Source: Botryllus schlosseri (taxonomy: Eukaryota). Taken from it: DNA of 64,000 nucleotides. A program made the translations under genes and the position numbers. Location of the stretch: assembly GCA_051294905.1 (NCBI GenBank), contig CM119371.1, positions 4,652,001 to 4,716,000 on the forward strand, read 5' to 3'. This document shows, piece after piece, positions 47,769 to 61,900 of this stretch. Position 1 is the first letter of the stretch; every line of letters begins with the position of its first letter. The notes beneath the pieces are model-generated. The model was given only the letters and a program-made list of their open reading frames with translations. It made no database searches and was not told where the DNA came from.

Positions 47769-49247
47769 GAGGGTTGACCAGACTCGAGTCTGACTCGAAT
47801 CTACATTTTCTGACGACTCGACTAGACTCGAGTCATTTTTTCAAAATACGGAAACGACTCAACTTGACTTGGGTATTGAGTCGACTTGGACTCGAGTCAT
47901 TGAGCATTCCTCGAAACAAGCCATATGACTCGAGGATATAAGACGGCCAAGACCGACATTTCATTCAGTGTTGGGATGACTCGAGTCATGACTTGACTCG
48001 AGTCACTTTTTTCGTATGACTTGACTTGACTCGAGTCACTTTGCTAAAATGACTTGACTTGACTTGACTCGGCGTATCAAAAATGTGGATTGACTCGTGA
48101 CTCGGAGCAAAATTCACGAGTCAATTTCAAGTCACCAAGTAATCGATGTCGATAAAAATCCCTGTATCTTGCATATGGTCGGACTGTTCGCTAAATGCTG
48201 GTGTAACCCGTGAGAGCGACCAATCTTTCAGTGATCGTGCGCTTTACTGAACCTCCATTGTTCTCTCACTAATAAATTGATCGCAAATGAAGTGGACGAA
48301 ACTTACAGATTACGTTGTCGTAAACTAGTACAGTAAAGTAGTTTAATAGCAAAATGTCTGTTTCTGTTCTCTGTTCTTTCCTTAATCAAACCTCTTACTT
48401 TATTGAAATTGAATTCAAATATAGTTAATAAAACGTCAACTATTAGCGTAGGCTTGAATTGTATCATATCAATTAGTAAATAGTAATGTATTTCATCTTA
48501 TCAATTCGTTTCGCTATTCTCTATTTTGGCTGGTAACTATAAACTGAGGCTGTGCAATTACTTACGTAGTTTAGCAGTTCTACGTATATGCGAGCGATAC
48601 AGGGCCTTCTTGCGTGTATATTTGACTCTATATTCGCTCATTGGTTTAGAATCAATGACATCATCAATCTGTATTTCAGACAGCTAGCAAAATGTAATGA
48701 CGTAATCATGCCTCATACTTTAAAAAGGCAACATGACTTGAATTGTGACTTGACTCGACTTGACTCGAGTCACCTCCAAAAATCGAGTGACTTGACTTGA
48801 CTCGAGTCACTTTCGAAAATCGATTGACTTGACTTGACTCGAGTCAAAATGTGCAATGACTCGAGATGACTCGTGACTCGAAGGTAGTGACTTGATCCCA
48901 ACACTGATTTCATTGTAATTTAGAAGAACAGTACAGCGACCACCCTATTGGAATTTCGTCTATTGATCCTGATACTTGACAATGCGACAAGAAACTGCTC
49001 AAAGTGAGGAAAATTAGTATATCATAAATCCAAATCATTCAATATCACCAAACAGTGTTGTCTGGGGTGTGACTTGGACTCGGATTCGAGTCATAATACC
49101 ATGACTTGGACTCGACCCTCTGCTCTGTGACTTGGACTCAGACTTGACTCAATGATGAATTGAAAATGACACGACTTGACCCGAGTCAAAACTATGAAAG
49201 TGAGAGTGACTTGTGACTCGGAGCCTCGTGATTTAGTTACAGCCCTG
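47769..49247. mobile_element. GACTCGAG-array hAT-type MITE (middle member of nest)
   Basis: Termini gagggttg / cagccctg; degenerate TSD gtatatag / atatataa; homologous in reverse orientation to 43984-44557. Confidence 0.75.
47966..48906. mobile_element. GACTT/GACTCGAGTC-array hAT-type MITE (inner member of nest)
   Basis: TIR cagtgttgggat / atcccaacactg; perfect TSD ATTTCATT; second copy at 50983-51850. Confidence 0.92.
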
Positions 49248-50660
49248 ATATATAACATACACGTGATCAGATTCCCTGCTGGAGCTCATTGAAATTTAGG
49301 ACACCCATTACGTTTCGGCAACATTGCACCAAGTTTAATATGTCTTTTTTTTGATCGGGTAGCTGTTCTTTGACTTGAATCGATGACGTTGGAATATTTT
49401 GTCACTGTCTGAAAATGTTGACTTGAAAATATAAGGTAAATACTTTCACTAGAGGCCTTGTTATGATAGATTCGGCTCAACATTTCCTCGCTTAGGATAT
49501 AGTTGATTGAGAGGCCGTCTCTGGCCTACAAAATTGTCTTGCGAACTGCAGCACATCTGAACTAGTTTGAAAAAAGGGGGAATTTGTATGTGAAAAAGAG
49601 ATTTCAAATAGCATTTGAGCATACTTTCAGCAAGCAAAAAACAGCCATGAGGAGCATACGTTCGGATATAACTGGTTGACTACATGACAGTTCGAATGAC
49701 ATGAACAATTTGGAAAATCCGTTACAATTCTTAAGTAGAATTCCTCCCTAAAAATTGCAAAATTCCCCCCAAGGGGGGAATTCCTCCCCGGTTGGGAACC
49801 ACTGTTCTAGCATAAGCGATTATCAAGATATGGCAAAATTAGCTATTTTCGACTCGTTTGGTGAAATTGCTCGGCCACTAGAGTGCGTAAGAACCTGGAA
49901 TTATGATAGAAGTTATTAATTTTCGCTTTTGGATCAAATATCAAAGGCACTTTTTGAAATCCAAATTTTTCTTTTTTTCACTCCGCCCTAGTGCTTACAA
50001 TAGGGGTGTTCGCAAATGACTTTTCTTCTCAAATCGTACTGGCTACTTGATAAAATTGTTATGTTACCTAATTTAAGCCTACACACCAAATTTGGTTCAA
50101 TTCCAACCAGTAGCCGCATTGCTACAGGAGAAGAAAGTTTCCATTTATTATATAAAATAAACGAATAAAAAATTTTCGTTCAATATTTGATAGGTCATTT
50201 ACAATTGGCAACGCATACGTATACGTGGATTGACCTCACATAGGTGTACGAAATGAACCTCCGCTCATACTCAACGATAAAGTTATTATAAAATACAGGA
50301 AATATACGTGGCAGTTATCGAGCACAATGAAACAGTGATAGTCAGCATATGTGTATGGGGAAGACTGCCTCAATCTTTAACCAACAGCCATCCTTCATAG
50401 TTGGTCAGTAACTAATTAGCAAACTTCCACCTTTTCATTGCTGGCATCGCGTAGGCCTCGCGAGCACTTACGCTATTTACTCAAGTGGCTGTGTTATTAC
50501 GACTTCCACTCTTGTGTTTTTGTGTTATTCATGATGTCTGTCAACAGCTATGGTCATTTACACCAAGGTGTTATTCATGTTTTTTCCGTAGCTGCCAACT
50601 TATAGCACGGTCCACTTCTAGGCTTTTTGTAAGACACCACTTACGCTTTAGAATTCTGAA

Positions 50661-50734
50661 GTCGACCTCGGTCGGATTCGAAGCAGCACCTTTTCATGCT
50701 GCAGCCGTGGATTATACCACTGCGCTATCTCACC
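50661..50734 (-). mobile_element. tRNA-derived SINE head
   Basis: Minus strand ggtgagaTAGCGCAGTGGtat..GCTTCGAATCCgaccgaggtcgac: A box and B-box-like motif; similar to 32189-32255. Confidence 0.55.
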
Positions 50735-50982
50735 ACACATGTATTTTACAGTAACACTACTTACTTGACACACTTCGTATTATGAAAAGTAGAGCGTAGT
50801 TTTAAGTTGAGTCGCTGTTCCGATCCTGATCAAACATCTTCGGTTTTTGAAACTTCAGCACTTTTGGGGTCTTTCGATATATGTCTCTGTTGCAAGTTTC
50901 AAGATGTATTTAACATCGCTAATTCCACCCGTAATTCAGTGAAGATTTACCTCCTGAATTCCACTTCAAATCAAGTAGCAAG

Positions 50983-51850
50983 CCTCGCTGGGACGACTCG
51001 AGTCATGACTTGACTCGAGTCACCTTTTTCGTATGACTTGACTTGACTCGAATCACTTTGCTAAAATGACTTGACTTGACTCGGCGTATCAAAAATGTGG
51101 ATTGACTCGGAGCCAAATTCACGAGTCAATTTCAAGTCATCAAGTAATCGGTGTCGATAAAAATCCCTGTATCTTGCATATGGTCGGATTATTCGCTAAA
51201 TGATGGTGTAACCCGTGAGAGCGACCAATCTTCCAGTGATCGTGCGCTTTACTGAACGTCCATTGTTCTCTCACAAATAAATTGAACACAAACGAAGTGA
51301 TCGAATTTTACAGATTACGTTGTCGTAAACTAGTACAGTAAAGTAATTAAATAGTAATTTAGTAGTAATAGTAATTCAATGTCTATTTCTGTTCTTTCCC
51401 TAACCAAACCTCATGTTTTATTGAAATGAAATGTAGTTAATACAGTTCTCATCCATTAGCGTAGGCTCGAATTGTATCATATCAATTCGTTTCTCTATTC
51501 TCTATTTTCGCTGGTAACTATAAACTGAGGCTGTGTAATTACTTACGTAGTTTAGCAGTTCTACGTATATGTCAGCGATACATCGCCTCATTGCGTGTAT
51601 ATTTAACTCTATCTTCGCAATTGGTTCAGAATCAATGACCACCCAATCCGTGTTTCAACAGCTAGCAAAATGCAATGACGTAATCATGCCTCATACTTCA
51701 AAAAGACTACTTTGAATTGTGACTTGACTTGGGTCACCTCCGAAATTCGAGTGACTTGACTCGAGTCACTTCCGAAAATTGATTGACTTGACTCGAGTCA
51801 AAATCTGCAATGACTCATGACTCGAAGGAAGTGACTTAGTCCCAACACTG
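50983..51850. mobile_element. Second copy of the 47966-48906 MITE
   Basis: Colinear internal sequence; right TIR cccaacactg; TSD gtagcaag / ctagcaag. Confidence 0.88.
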
Positions 51851-52107
51851 CTAGCAAGGTCAGACTACTTTTGACCTTACCTGTGACACCGAATACTGCA
51901 ATATTCAATTCGACACATGATCTATTATGATAAATAATATCAACTCACTTTACAGAAGAAAGGTTTTCCTGACAAAGCTACACTGGATTTATTCACACAC
52001 AACGATCCGCAGTCATTTTATACAAAGTCAATCACATAATATTCATTCGGTCTAGACTCATACATTCATATTATGCAGTCATTGGTTAACTTTAAGCTCA
52101 GAAAGAG

Positions 52108-55100
52108 TCAGCTGCAAAGCTTAGAGCGATGCAATTTGCGAATAGAAATATACTGCTCGTCGTATTCAGCGTTGCTCGAATCCTCTTCACATCTTCAAAC
52201 ATGAATCTTCGCAAGATTGCATTCGTATTTTTGTAGCAGTTTGAATTTGTAGGTTGTGAAGTGACGCTCTCGGTCGATGTAAATCACAGGATCGCAACAT
52301 AGGATACAGAATCACTTTGGTGTGGTCCTGGATGATGAAAACATACTTAACAGTAGCAGATGTGCTCAAACTAGGTCCCATTGTAAGTGATATTGTAGAT
52401 TTCCAATCAACTTCAAGTAAAAGCAGAAAGTGAAAGTAGAAGTAATGCCACATATTTATACCGAGTTACAGCTTGGTAGGATGAGGTCATCAAATTAGTC
52501 AGTGTAGCTATGCAAGTATAAATAACAACGTAAATTGACAGTCAATTAGAATTGGAAATAGGAGGTGAGTTGAGCAGTCAGTGATGTTACAGATGAAGTA
52601 ACCTCATAAATTTCTAATCAACTGCAAGTCGAAGTAACTATTTCAACGACACAGACTACTTGAAGTGAAGATATGTGGCTGAGGTAGTCAGTGATCCTAC
52701 TCGAGTAGAAGTCTAGATATTAGTAGAGCCATTTCATAAATTTTTCAGGTCAAGTCACACAAATGTAGACTTGAGTCGAGTCCAAGCAAGTCGTTTGATC
52801 AATTTTCATGCCAGGTAACACTTTAGTCAAGCCATTTCATAAATTTTCAATTCAAGTACAATAAAATGATTCCACCAACTTTGATCAAATGCTCGCACAT
52901 GTAGTTGCAGAAATATTTGAGCAAGGTTTCTTACTCGGCTTGCGTGCTCGGGCACTGTGTAGTAAAACTCTGTCATGTCTCTGTCAATGTGTTCCACTTG
53001 CACATTGCCTGCTTATAGAAGTATCAGCGTGCTACTGTTGAAAAGTACGTCGTTGCTGTCGTCACATAGTTTGCAACCTGAAATTTGAATAAAACCTCAT
53101 TTTGCAGCTATTGGAAGACCTGCTATAGCAATGACAATATTAAATTTGGATTTGAATTAATGAATTTATTACAGATATCCCAAGTCCTGCTTTATTCGGG
53201 ACAATATTGAAATGCTTACATACATCCTTGAGCAGCGAAACGCCAAGATATATTACACAAGACAGAATCATACCATATAATATGGAAGCGCTTCCACATT
53301 GACACAATTCCTAGTTTTCAGTTCACGTTGAGTATTAGCGTGTATTAGTCTGTACAAGATTGCCACCACCAGAGTTTAGCAGCTAGAAAATCTTAAGTAT
53401 TTGCCTAATGATTTAGAAGTAGTTTGTACATTGAGTTTGGTTCGTTACACACGTTAGAGTTTTCCTGTAGCATTTTCAGGAAAACCAGAAATCAGATTCG
53501 AACTAAAATTGAAAAACTTGACTGGAACAATATAAAAATTTTGATTAAATTAGTCTAATTAGACAACTAGAATTATCTGGTTTTCAAAGTCTGATGTGCG
53601 GACAAGTATTTAACATCTCACAGTAATTCAATAGCAGAAATCGCTTCTTTTACTTGTAATTAGGTTGAAATTTACGGTGTTACATCTACTTGTGCTAGCA
53701 TAGCAAATATAACTACATTCACTACCCCTTAATGCTATGAGAAGTAATTTTCCCTCGTCGTTGAAATCGCTCATGCAGTAATTAAATAGAAATAATTTAC
53801 TAGGATAGTTCTATTCAAGTAGCATTGCTGACTACTTTGTCTACATTCTATCTCCACATGAATGAGTATTGATCTGTCTTTGAATCGATACATTTACTTG
53901 TAATTGAGTAGTACTTGGATTGATGTTACTTTTTCTTGAGTAGCATTACCGACTACTTTGTCTACATTCTATCTCTGCATGACATAGCTTTGACATGTCC
54001 TGGAAATTGCAACTTTGGCTTGCAATGGAGTGTAAATTTATGGCGCTACTTCTATTGGAGTAGTCATGCGGACTGTTTTGACCACCGATGTGCGATTGAA
54101 ATAGATTGTAAGCTCCTTTTGTCAGTGAGCTCCTTTTATCCAGACGGTATAGACAGACAGTGACGATACAAAAATAGCCTTACCGAATCCAGCTTCATCT
54201 GTCACATCCACCAATCCAATGCACAGGCTGCAAGATATTCTGCCTCATCTGTTGAATCAAACTCAGTTTTGATTTACAGAAATTCAATATATAGCTAATG
54301 CTAACCATTTTTTTGGTCGTGTCATATACTGGCTAGAGTTGTAATTTGGATCTATGATAACTGCTTGACTGGATATGCATACGGAGTTCTTAATCCCTGT
54401 GGATTTCAACAACCCTTTTTGATTTGAGTCAAATTTGTACACAGGAATATTCTATGCACCATTCCTTGATACATGTTGAACTCGATATATATAGATGGAA
54501 ATCCTAATAGCTTTGATTTGTACCATTACTTTTTGAATTTAGGATTAGCACCAATTTGAATTTCGACACATTGGTAAACTATACATCGATATCATTTTAC
54601 AAATTGAATTTGCTTGAAGAATTTTTGATATTCTTATGTTGTCGCGACACTCATAAATTGATTTGAGCCTCAGCCATTACCAGATTAGGATTTTAATATA
54701 TGAAAGCTCTGATTCGTAGAAGTAGCTTACATTTCACAGGGGAAGTCTATTCAAAATAAAGTCAAGTAGTGGTTAAAAGAAAATAAATACACACCCATAT
54801 ATATAGCAGACTTATCGATCAATTTTTTGAGTTGACACTTCTGGTGATTTGTAACTCTTTATGTAGATCGCCTCTTGCTTGTCACCAAAAGGTTTCTGTA
54901 TCTCTGTATTCGCGGCAACTGTCATGTAAAACAATAAGCTGATACAACTATTTGATAATAGCACTTGCCTTTACGATAAGGGGTGGACAATTTCTTTTAC
55001 TTTGCAAACAGATAACAGGATAAACTTTGGATTGGTAAGTTTTTCATCTATAAGACCTAATAAAAAGTCGAAGGCTACTTTATACTGTGGTGTAAAAGAC

Positions 55101-58100
55101 ACATCCCTACATTCAAGTGTGCAGGTTCGGCTTTTCTAGTTTATTTCAAATCCAAACATAACAAGAGCTGTAAATCTGTTCAATTAAATGCTCTGTACTT
55201 TTGAAAATGCGACTTTCGTTACATGTCATATCTTCTGAATATCAGATTTATTGGTGAAGGTGCTAGTTACCGGTCTTATCGGTATCGGATAGGGTTTCAA
55301 CAAAGATTCTGAGTCACGAGTCAATCTTTTTTCTATGGTAATTACTCCAATCATATTCATTTACCAAACAAGTCAAGTCCAAGTCAGAGTGTTGAGACTC
55401 GAGTTCCAACCCTAGTCATGTTCAGCTCCTAGGATTCTAAATACCCTCGTTTATCTCACTCTCAACCAGATATGCTCTGTAAAGAAGTGATTTTACTTTG
55501 TCAAAGTACTCAAGTAGGTTTTGTCTACTTGCAATACTTACTCAAGTGGTTATGATAGTAGAGAACTGTCATTTCTCCACCACAATTTTCGGTTCTCAAT
55601 CCAAAACTAGACCTGGTACATTGACCTTTTTACGTACTTGATAATCGCAACTTTTAGTTTTACTGGAGTGTAAATTTACGTCGTTACTTCTACTTGAGTA
55701 CCAGTGATGTCTACTTTGACCACATCTACTCTCAATTGGCTTATTCAAACATAAAAGACACTTTCTGGCTCGATTTGCCGTAAGTTTTACGACTTCGTTA
55801 AGTCATGGGCGATGACTTGAGTCGAGTCATGACTCGCGTCCTTATGACCCCGGTTTGGCTCAAAGATCCAATATTGGTCGTGCTCTCATCGTAACTAAGG
55901 CTGCGCACAATGGTTCAAGCAGTCTAATTTGAATCAAGTATTTATTCCAATGATTCCGATCGACAAGTTAGAAATGATTCTCTCCAGTGCTAAAATGATA
56001 CTCAAGATGCTAACACTCGATTTTGACCATCCATAACCATATTAAAGACTTGTAAAAATCTCACTTTTGAAACTTGGCTCCAGTTGACTCTCCGATATTC
56101 TAGGCGTGATAGCCAAGCAGGTGGTCGGCAGTTCTTGTGGAATGTCGCCTTGAAAGACGCATTTGAAAGTGCGTGATCCACGGTAGTTCATTCTCATGGG
56201 TCAATCGACAACAATCTGTGAAAATCATGGTAGGTCAAGTGTTGGAAACGAGTCACTATGTTCAAGTCACAAGTCATATCGAGTCATTGCATATTTTAAA
56301 TCGATTCAAGGTGCTCCATTTTTCGAAGCAAGTCAAGTTACTCGATTTTTGAATGGGACTCGAGTTGAGTCAAGACACTTGACAAAGTTGACGCGGTCAT
56401 CCCAATACTGTGGAGCACATTAGAAAAAAGGCAAAAGAGTTATAACATACCTTTTGATATGATCACAAGCTGGTGGGGATTATTTTGTAGAATCGTCTAT
56501 TCATTCTTCTCCTAATGAAAGTTTCCTGCAACGTCTGGCATTCAAGCGGTAGCTCACCGACCAACAATGCATATACCTACGATAAAGAAAAACATGCATC
56601 AACTTATCAAGTCGGATGTTTGTTGCTAATGCTGGCACAATGATTCGCGTCGAAAAGTAAGAGATGATTATTTCCAGTTCTGAAATGAAAGGCTACTTGC
56701 CACAATCAGTTAATTTTATGAACCAGAATTATGATTTTGCCGCCATTTTATAACGTGTAAGGCTGTAAACCTCGATTGACCGTATCGCAGCTTAAGACAT
56801 ATGTAGTATAAAGGTACAGGGTTAGTGGAAATGACATATATATCAAGTCGCGATCAAGTCACAGCAATGTCACATAATACAATGAAATAGCAATGATTGA
56901 AACGATACAAAATTATTTTATGTGATGTAGAAATGGCATTACATTATTTGTGGTCGCATATTTGAAGTATCCACAATTTCCATAACGTCATGCCGTCACA
57001 ATAGGTGATAGTCAAATACTCAACCTGTAGCCTAGTACTCGGATCAGGCTAAAATCAGTCAGGTACTCGATTTAGCCCAGAATTAGATTTAAGACCCTTG
57101 CGACCTATTTTTATAAAAATCCCTAATCAATAATGCTATTGGTGCATCATACTCACAAAACACAACCAAGGTGTCCACTTCGCAACTGTGTCCATCCTTG
57201 CCGAGAACTTCCGGGTCGTCGATATAGTCGGGAGTGCAGCAAAGAGTATTCATTGTGTGGCTTTCACAGTCGACCTTGGTATCTCAACTGAAATCTTCAA
57301 ACTTTTCCATATTGTTCAGGAAGAGGTTCTCCAGCTGTCAGTTAAAATTTTACATCAAGTTACACAAGTATATCAAGTTTCACAAACTACCAATCCAGTT
57401 AAATGATGGCGAACTACGGTAACTGCTGCTTTCTTGAGTAGTTCTAGTTTTAGTTGTATATTTGTGTATTTTAAAAGAGAGCAGTTCTAGCTCAAGTTGT
57501 GCATTTGACTAAAAATGTAGTCGCCAATATCTCCAATATTTCTTAGCTCACTTGTAATTCAAAAATTAAATTACCAGTTATTTGCTTAGCTACAGTTTAG
57601 TTAGTTAGTTGCAGATTTTCAACGGTCGTTGGTTATAGTTTTAGTTACGAGTTTTGAAAACTGAATACCTTAGTTCTAGTTGTAGTTGCACATGTAAAAA
57701 ATCCAACAGTTTGCACTGTCTGTAACCACCGCAAACAATGCTACCTTGATAGCCGTGTGAATAATCTTACAATCGTGAAGGTAAACGACTCCAAGCAGAA
57801 TCTGTTGCATGCAAGAGCGAGTCTCGGCTTCAGTCATGACGCGTCTTTATTTATCAATGCCCATCGACCACTGTCAATGAAAATCAAATCTAACGGGATT
57901 GATAGAATGAAATTATTAGCAGTATATGTTGGGTACATAAAAATCAGTTGTTCTCAATCGTTTTGAGCTCGGGGCAGGTAAAAATTAATCTACAAATTTT
58001 ACAGATCAGTGAACCTTCATAGTTAGAAACTTCATATCACGCTGCTATTTTGATATTTGACTTGTTATACGTAGGGCTGTGCAAAATCGAATACCTGACT

Positions 58101-58941
58101 GATTTGAAACTGAACCGAGTATTAAGCTTCGAGTCACGTCGAGTATATTAGTAAAACTCATTGTGTTATAATAACAGCGTGAATGATGTATTAAGTTCAA
58201 ATATGCACCTTTCATGCAACCACAAAGAGTGCAATCCCTGTTTTGCATCACACTGAAGATTATTTGACATTTGATGGACCGCACTCTTTGACAATGTGCT
58301 GAGTTGACCAGGACTTCACAAATATGTGATTTTTCAGAAACCTGTGTATAGCTATGCTGCGTACGTCCGATTCAGGTTTACAGCCTTCCACGCTAATTCT
58401 CGTTGGTAAATTAACTCTCTGCTACGTTTATTAGTAATCATTTTGACTATTGTATCAGAGAGCTTATCATTCCAGTACTCGAACAAAATTCATGGCTCAC
58501 ACCTTGACTCAAATCATTAGAATTGATACTCGATTCAGATCCGAGTGCTCGGCTGGATATTTTTCCAAAAGATTAGAATGATAACTACCGTTTTTTCTCA
58601 AATGTGCTCAAAATTAGAATTACAGCTACATCCTTTTTCACAAATCAGACTAGAATTACTAAATTTGCAAAAGAAATACACCAAAAATCGGTAAACTTAT
58701 CAATTAGTTGTCAAAGTCTGCCAGAAATGAACCTTATAGAGCTGATGCAATTGCGAGCTCCACAGTTTGAGAGACATTACAGTTGTAACAATGAAATGCT
58801 TTTACCCTTCTTTTGGACAACTCGAGAAACCTTGTCTTGAAAGAATCTGTAAAATCCAACGACATGCTTGTGATTCAAACTGCGATATTGATGATCTCTT
58901 GAGATATATTGTCTTTCTGGTGATCATACGCGAGCATTTGC
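52108..58941 (-). pseudogene. PLK1: Near-complete PLK1/polo pseudogene, mirror copy
   Basis: Minus-strand exons 58941-58806, 57870-57745, 57334-57157, 56576-56451, 56215-56065, 54918-54795, 54248-54184, 53077-52880 (CKLCDDSNDVLFNSSTLILL*..HIDRD..LLKYFCNYMCEHLIK) and 52327-~52108 (DHTKVILYPM..VIYIDRERHFTTYKFKLLQKY). Stops and frameshifts present. Confidence 0.92.
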
Positions 58942-61900
58942 CTATAATTCAGATACCGGGTACTAGTGTTAGTTGCGAATTTTGAAGAGTAGTTCTAGTT
59001 CTATTCATTCATTCAATAGAACTTTGGTTGTCGATCAACTAGAAAACGAATGTCAACATTTGGTGTGAGTCATGATACCGGTGTTCTTGCAGCCAGCTCA
59101 GAGTCATCGCCACTATGAAAGAAGTAGCACCGGGGTGGTTTTACAATCAAACCCGACTGATTTTAAACCCGAAAACATGTCATATTGAAATGCCGATTCT
59201 ATCTCCAATATTCATTAGCTCATATAAAATTCAGTATTCCGTATAATCAGTTGGGCCTATTAGTTAGTTAATTAGGGATGTTTACTACGCTTTCACCCGG
59301 ACTTGAGAAGAATTGAGTTACTAAAACTGATCAAAAAGGATCATTATACTTCATCAGTTCCATATGCGGCCCTGCAGAATGTGTTTAGAACTAGGACTAG
59401 AGATATATTGTAGAATCAGAAGATATTACCACTTCATCAATGTCAGTAGATGGTTTATTTTTAAAAGGTATAATGATAGCCCGACCGATGACATCGTTTG
59501 ACTAATAATATTGAGTCTCTATTAGAGTTTGAATTATATCAGCCATGAGAGGTGAAAATATCGGCAATATTTGTGACGTCACGACATGGTAGCAGGGAAA
59601 ACTATTATTTGCGATTGCAACATCGGGAATATTATCTATCTATTTCTCATAACTTACAAGTGGTCACGTTGGTACTCGAGTATGGAAGTAGAAGTAACAT
59701 TGTAAATGTCTACTCGAGCATACGCAGAAGTAGCGATTTCAAAGTAGGTACGTTATTAAAGCAAATATTCTAGAACTGGTTTTGCCGAAAAACTGAACTG
59801 CTACATAGGAGGTACACAAGTCGTCTAAAATATTGAGTGACTTGAGTATTAGTGCAAGTATACGGCAAAACCTACTTGAGTATTCTGAAAAAAATGAAGT
59901 AGGCTACTATTGTTGCTGACTGGTTCTGCATACAAGTGTACATATGCAGTCTTTATAGTATATTTCATGTCCAAGTCTAGCAACGGCTCTAAAGTTCAAA
60001 TCAATGTTCTGAAGGTTTGGAAATGTGCCTTACGCTAGTTGCCATATTGTTTCAATATCGGCCAAATAGACCGGGGTTGTAGGTGAAAGTGCTACTTATC
60101 GGTATTGGTTCAAAAATCTGATATCGGTCGGGCTCTAGTTACGATGAATGAGACTCGAGTACACGACTCGAAACGTAAAACTCGATTCAGAATGGAATCA
60201 AACACGAACTCTAATTTGCTAAGAGCTAGTAAAAAATCTCACTGTTCAAACTATATAGAGGTCGCCTTCGCTGTAGTTGGCTTTCCGAGAACCTGGGCGC
60301 CATGGACAAGCAGGTTGTGGGCAGTTTCTGTGGAATGTAGCCGTTGAAATACTCGCTCTCCAGCACTTTCTTTACAGAGGGTCGTTGAAAGCGGTCGCAT
60401 GCCAACATTCTAGCGACAAATCACAAATATTAACAAAATCACAGATTAAGTATCATATTTTTATGAGCTTGTTTGGGAATCAAGATTTGTGGATTTAAAA
60501 CCATAATATCAATCAAAATTTGAATTTGAAATAGTAAACTATTCCCGTAGTTCGATAGGAAGAGGTTCAAGTATCAGGATAAACCTAATTTTGACTTGAT
60601 AAACTGAAAAATTTTTCACCTTTCCCAAATTAGATTACGATTGGAATCACAGCTGCCAAGTTTATTTTATCCATATTAGAGTAGAATTAGAATTATAGCT
60701 ACACAGCTTTTTCCAGATCAAGATAGTACAATGATAGCTATACAATTTTTTACGAATTAGATTTCAATTTGAGTTGAAACAGTTTTACTTCGAAGTAGAG
60801 TAGAATGATAGCTACACAGATTTTTCAAAATTAGATTAGAATTACAATTACAATTCCTGAAATCCTGAATTGACAAAACTTGGACATCGAATGAAGTTCA
60901 GTTCATATAAGCACAAGAATCGCTTATGTCTATTGTACATCGAGCTTGGTTGGTTTTGCAAGATACAGTTCTCCTGCAAAAAGTTCAGAAAAACCAGAAA
61001 TTAGATTAATAATAACATAAAAAAATTTGGACGAATTAGATTAGAATTAGATTACAGGCATCCGGTTATAAGCTTTATTATTAAACAATTACACTACAAT
61101 TATTACCTTGATACCTCTGTGAATGATCTTACAATCGTGAAGCTAACGACGCCAATCAGAATCTGTGGCATGCAATAACGAGTCACTGACTTCTTCGTAA
61201 ACTTCCATCAGCGACGGAAAGCATATATTAAAGGTAATCGGATTGATTGGATGAAAACAATAAAACTATCTGTTGGGAACATCTAAATCAGTGGTTCTCA
61301 ACCTCTTTGACTTGGCGGGCCTGTAAAATTTGACAACAAATTTTTTGAACCGATAAACCTTCGTAATTTAAAATTTTATTTCATGCTGCCATTTTGATAT
61401 CCGACTTGTTACACGTAGGGCAGTTAAAATCGAGTACCTGGGTGATTTGAAAGTGAACTAGTAGGCTTCGAGTCGAGTGTTCGATAAGCGCTTATTATGA
61501 TGCCATACCCGTGTTGATGATGAGGAAAGTTCAAATAGGTAACTACAACCAATATAATGCTAGTCCTACATCACATTAGAGACGATTTTGTATCCTTTGA
61601 ACATACCTATTTCATTGCACTCTTCGACAATGCTGTGGGTTGATCACGACTTCACCGGTATGTGATTTCCAGTAATATATGCGTCATGCTTGTGCCACAT
61701 GTAAAGTATGTTGGGATACGACCAATTGAGGTTTCCAGCTTTGCACAGTGCACACGAGTATCGAAGCAATCATTTTCGTTGATCAATCAACTATGAATAA
61801 TAGGGAACGCGTGATTTCAGTGATGGAACGGATCGTTTCTCATTATTCCACTGGAATCAAGAAAAATAATGCGCGATTCGGTTTTAAGCACCCACCCAAT

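Larger units (their letters stand above)
47362..49804. mobile_element. hAT-type MITE (outer member of nest)
   Basis: 15-bp TIR cagtggttcccaacc / ggttgggaaccactg; perfect TSD TTCTAGCA. Confidence 0.92.
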
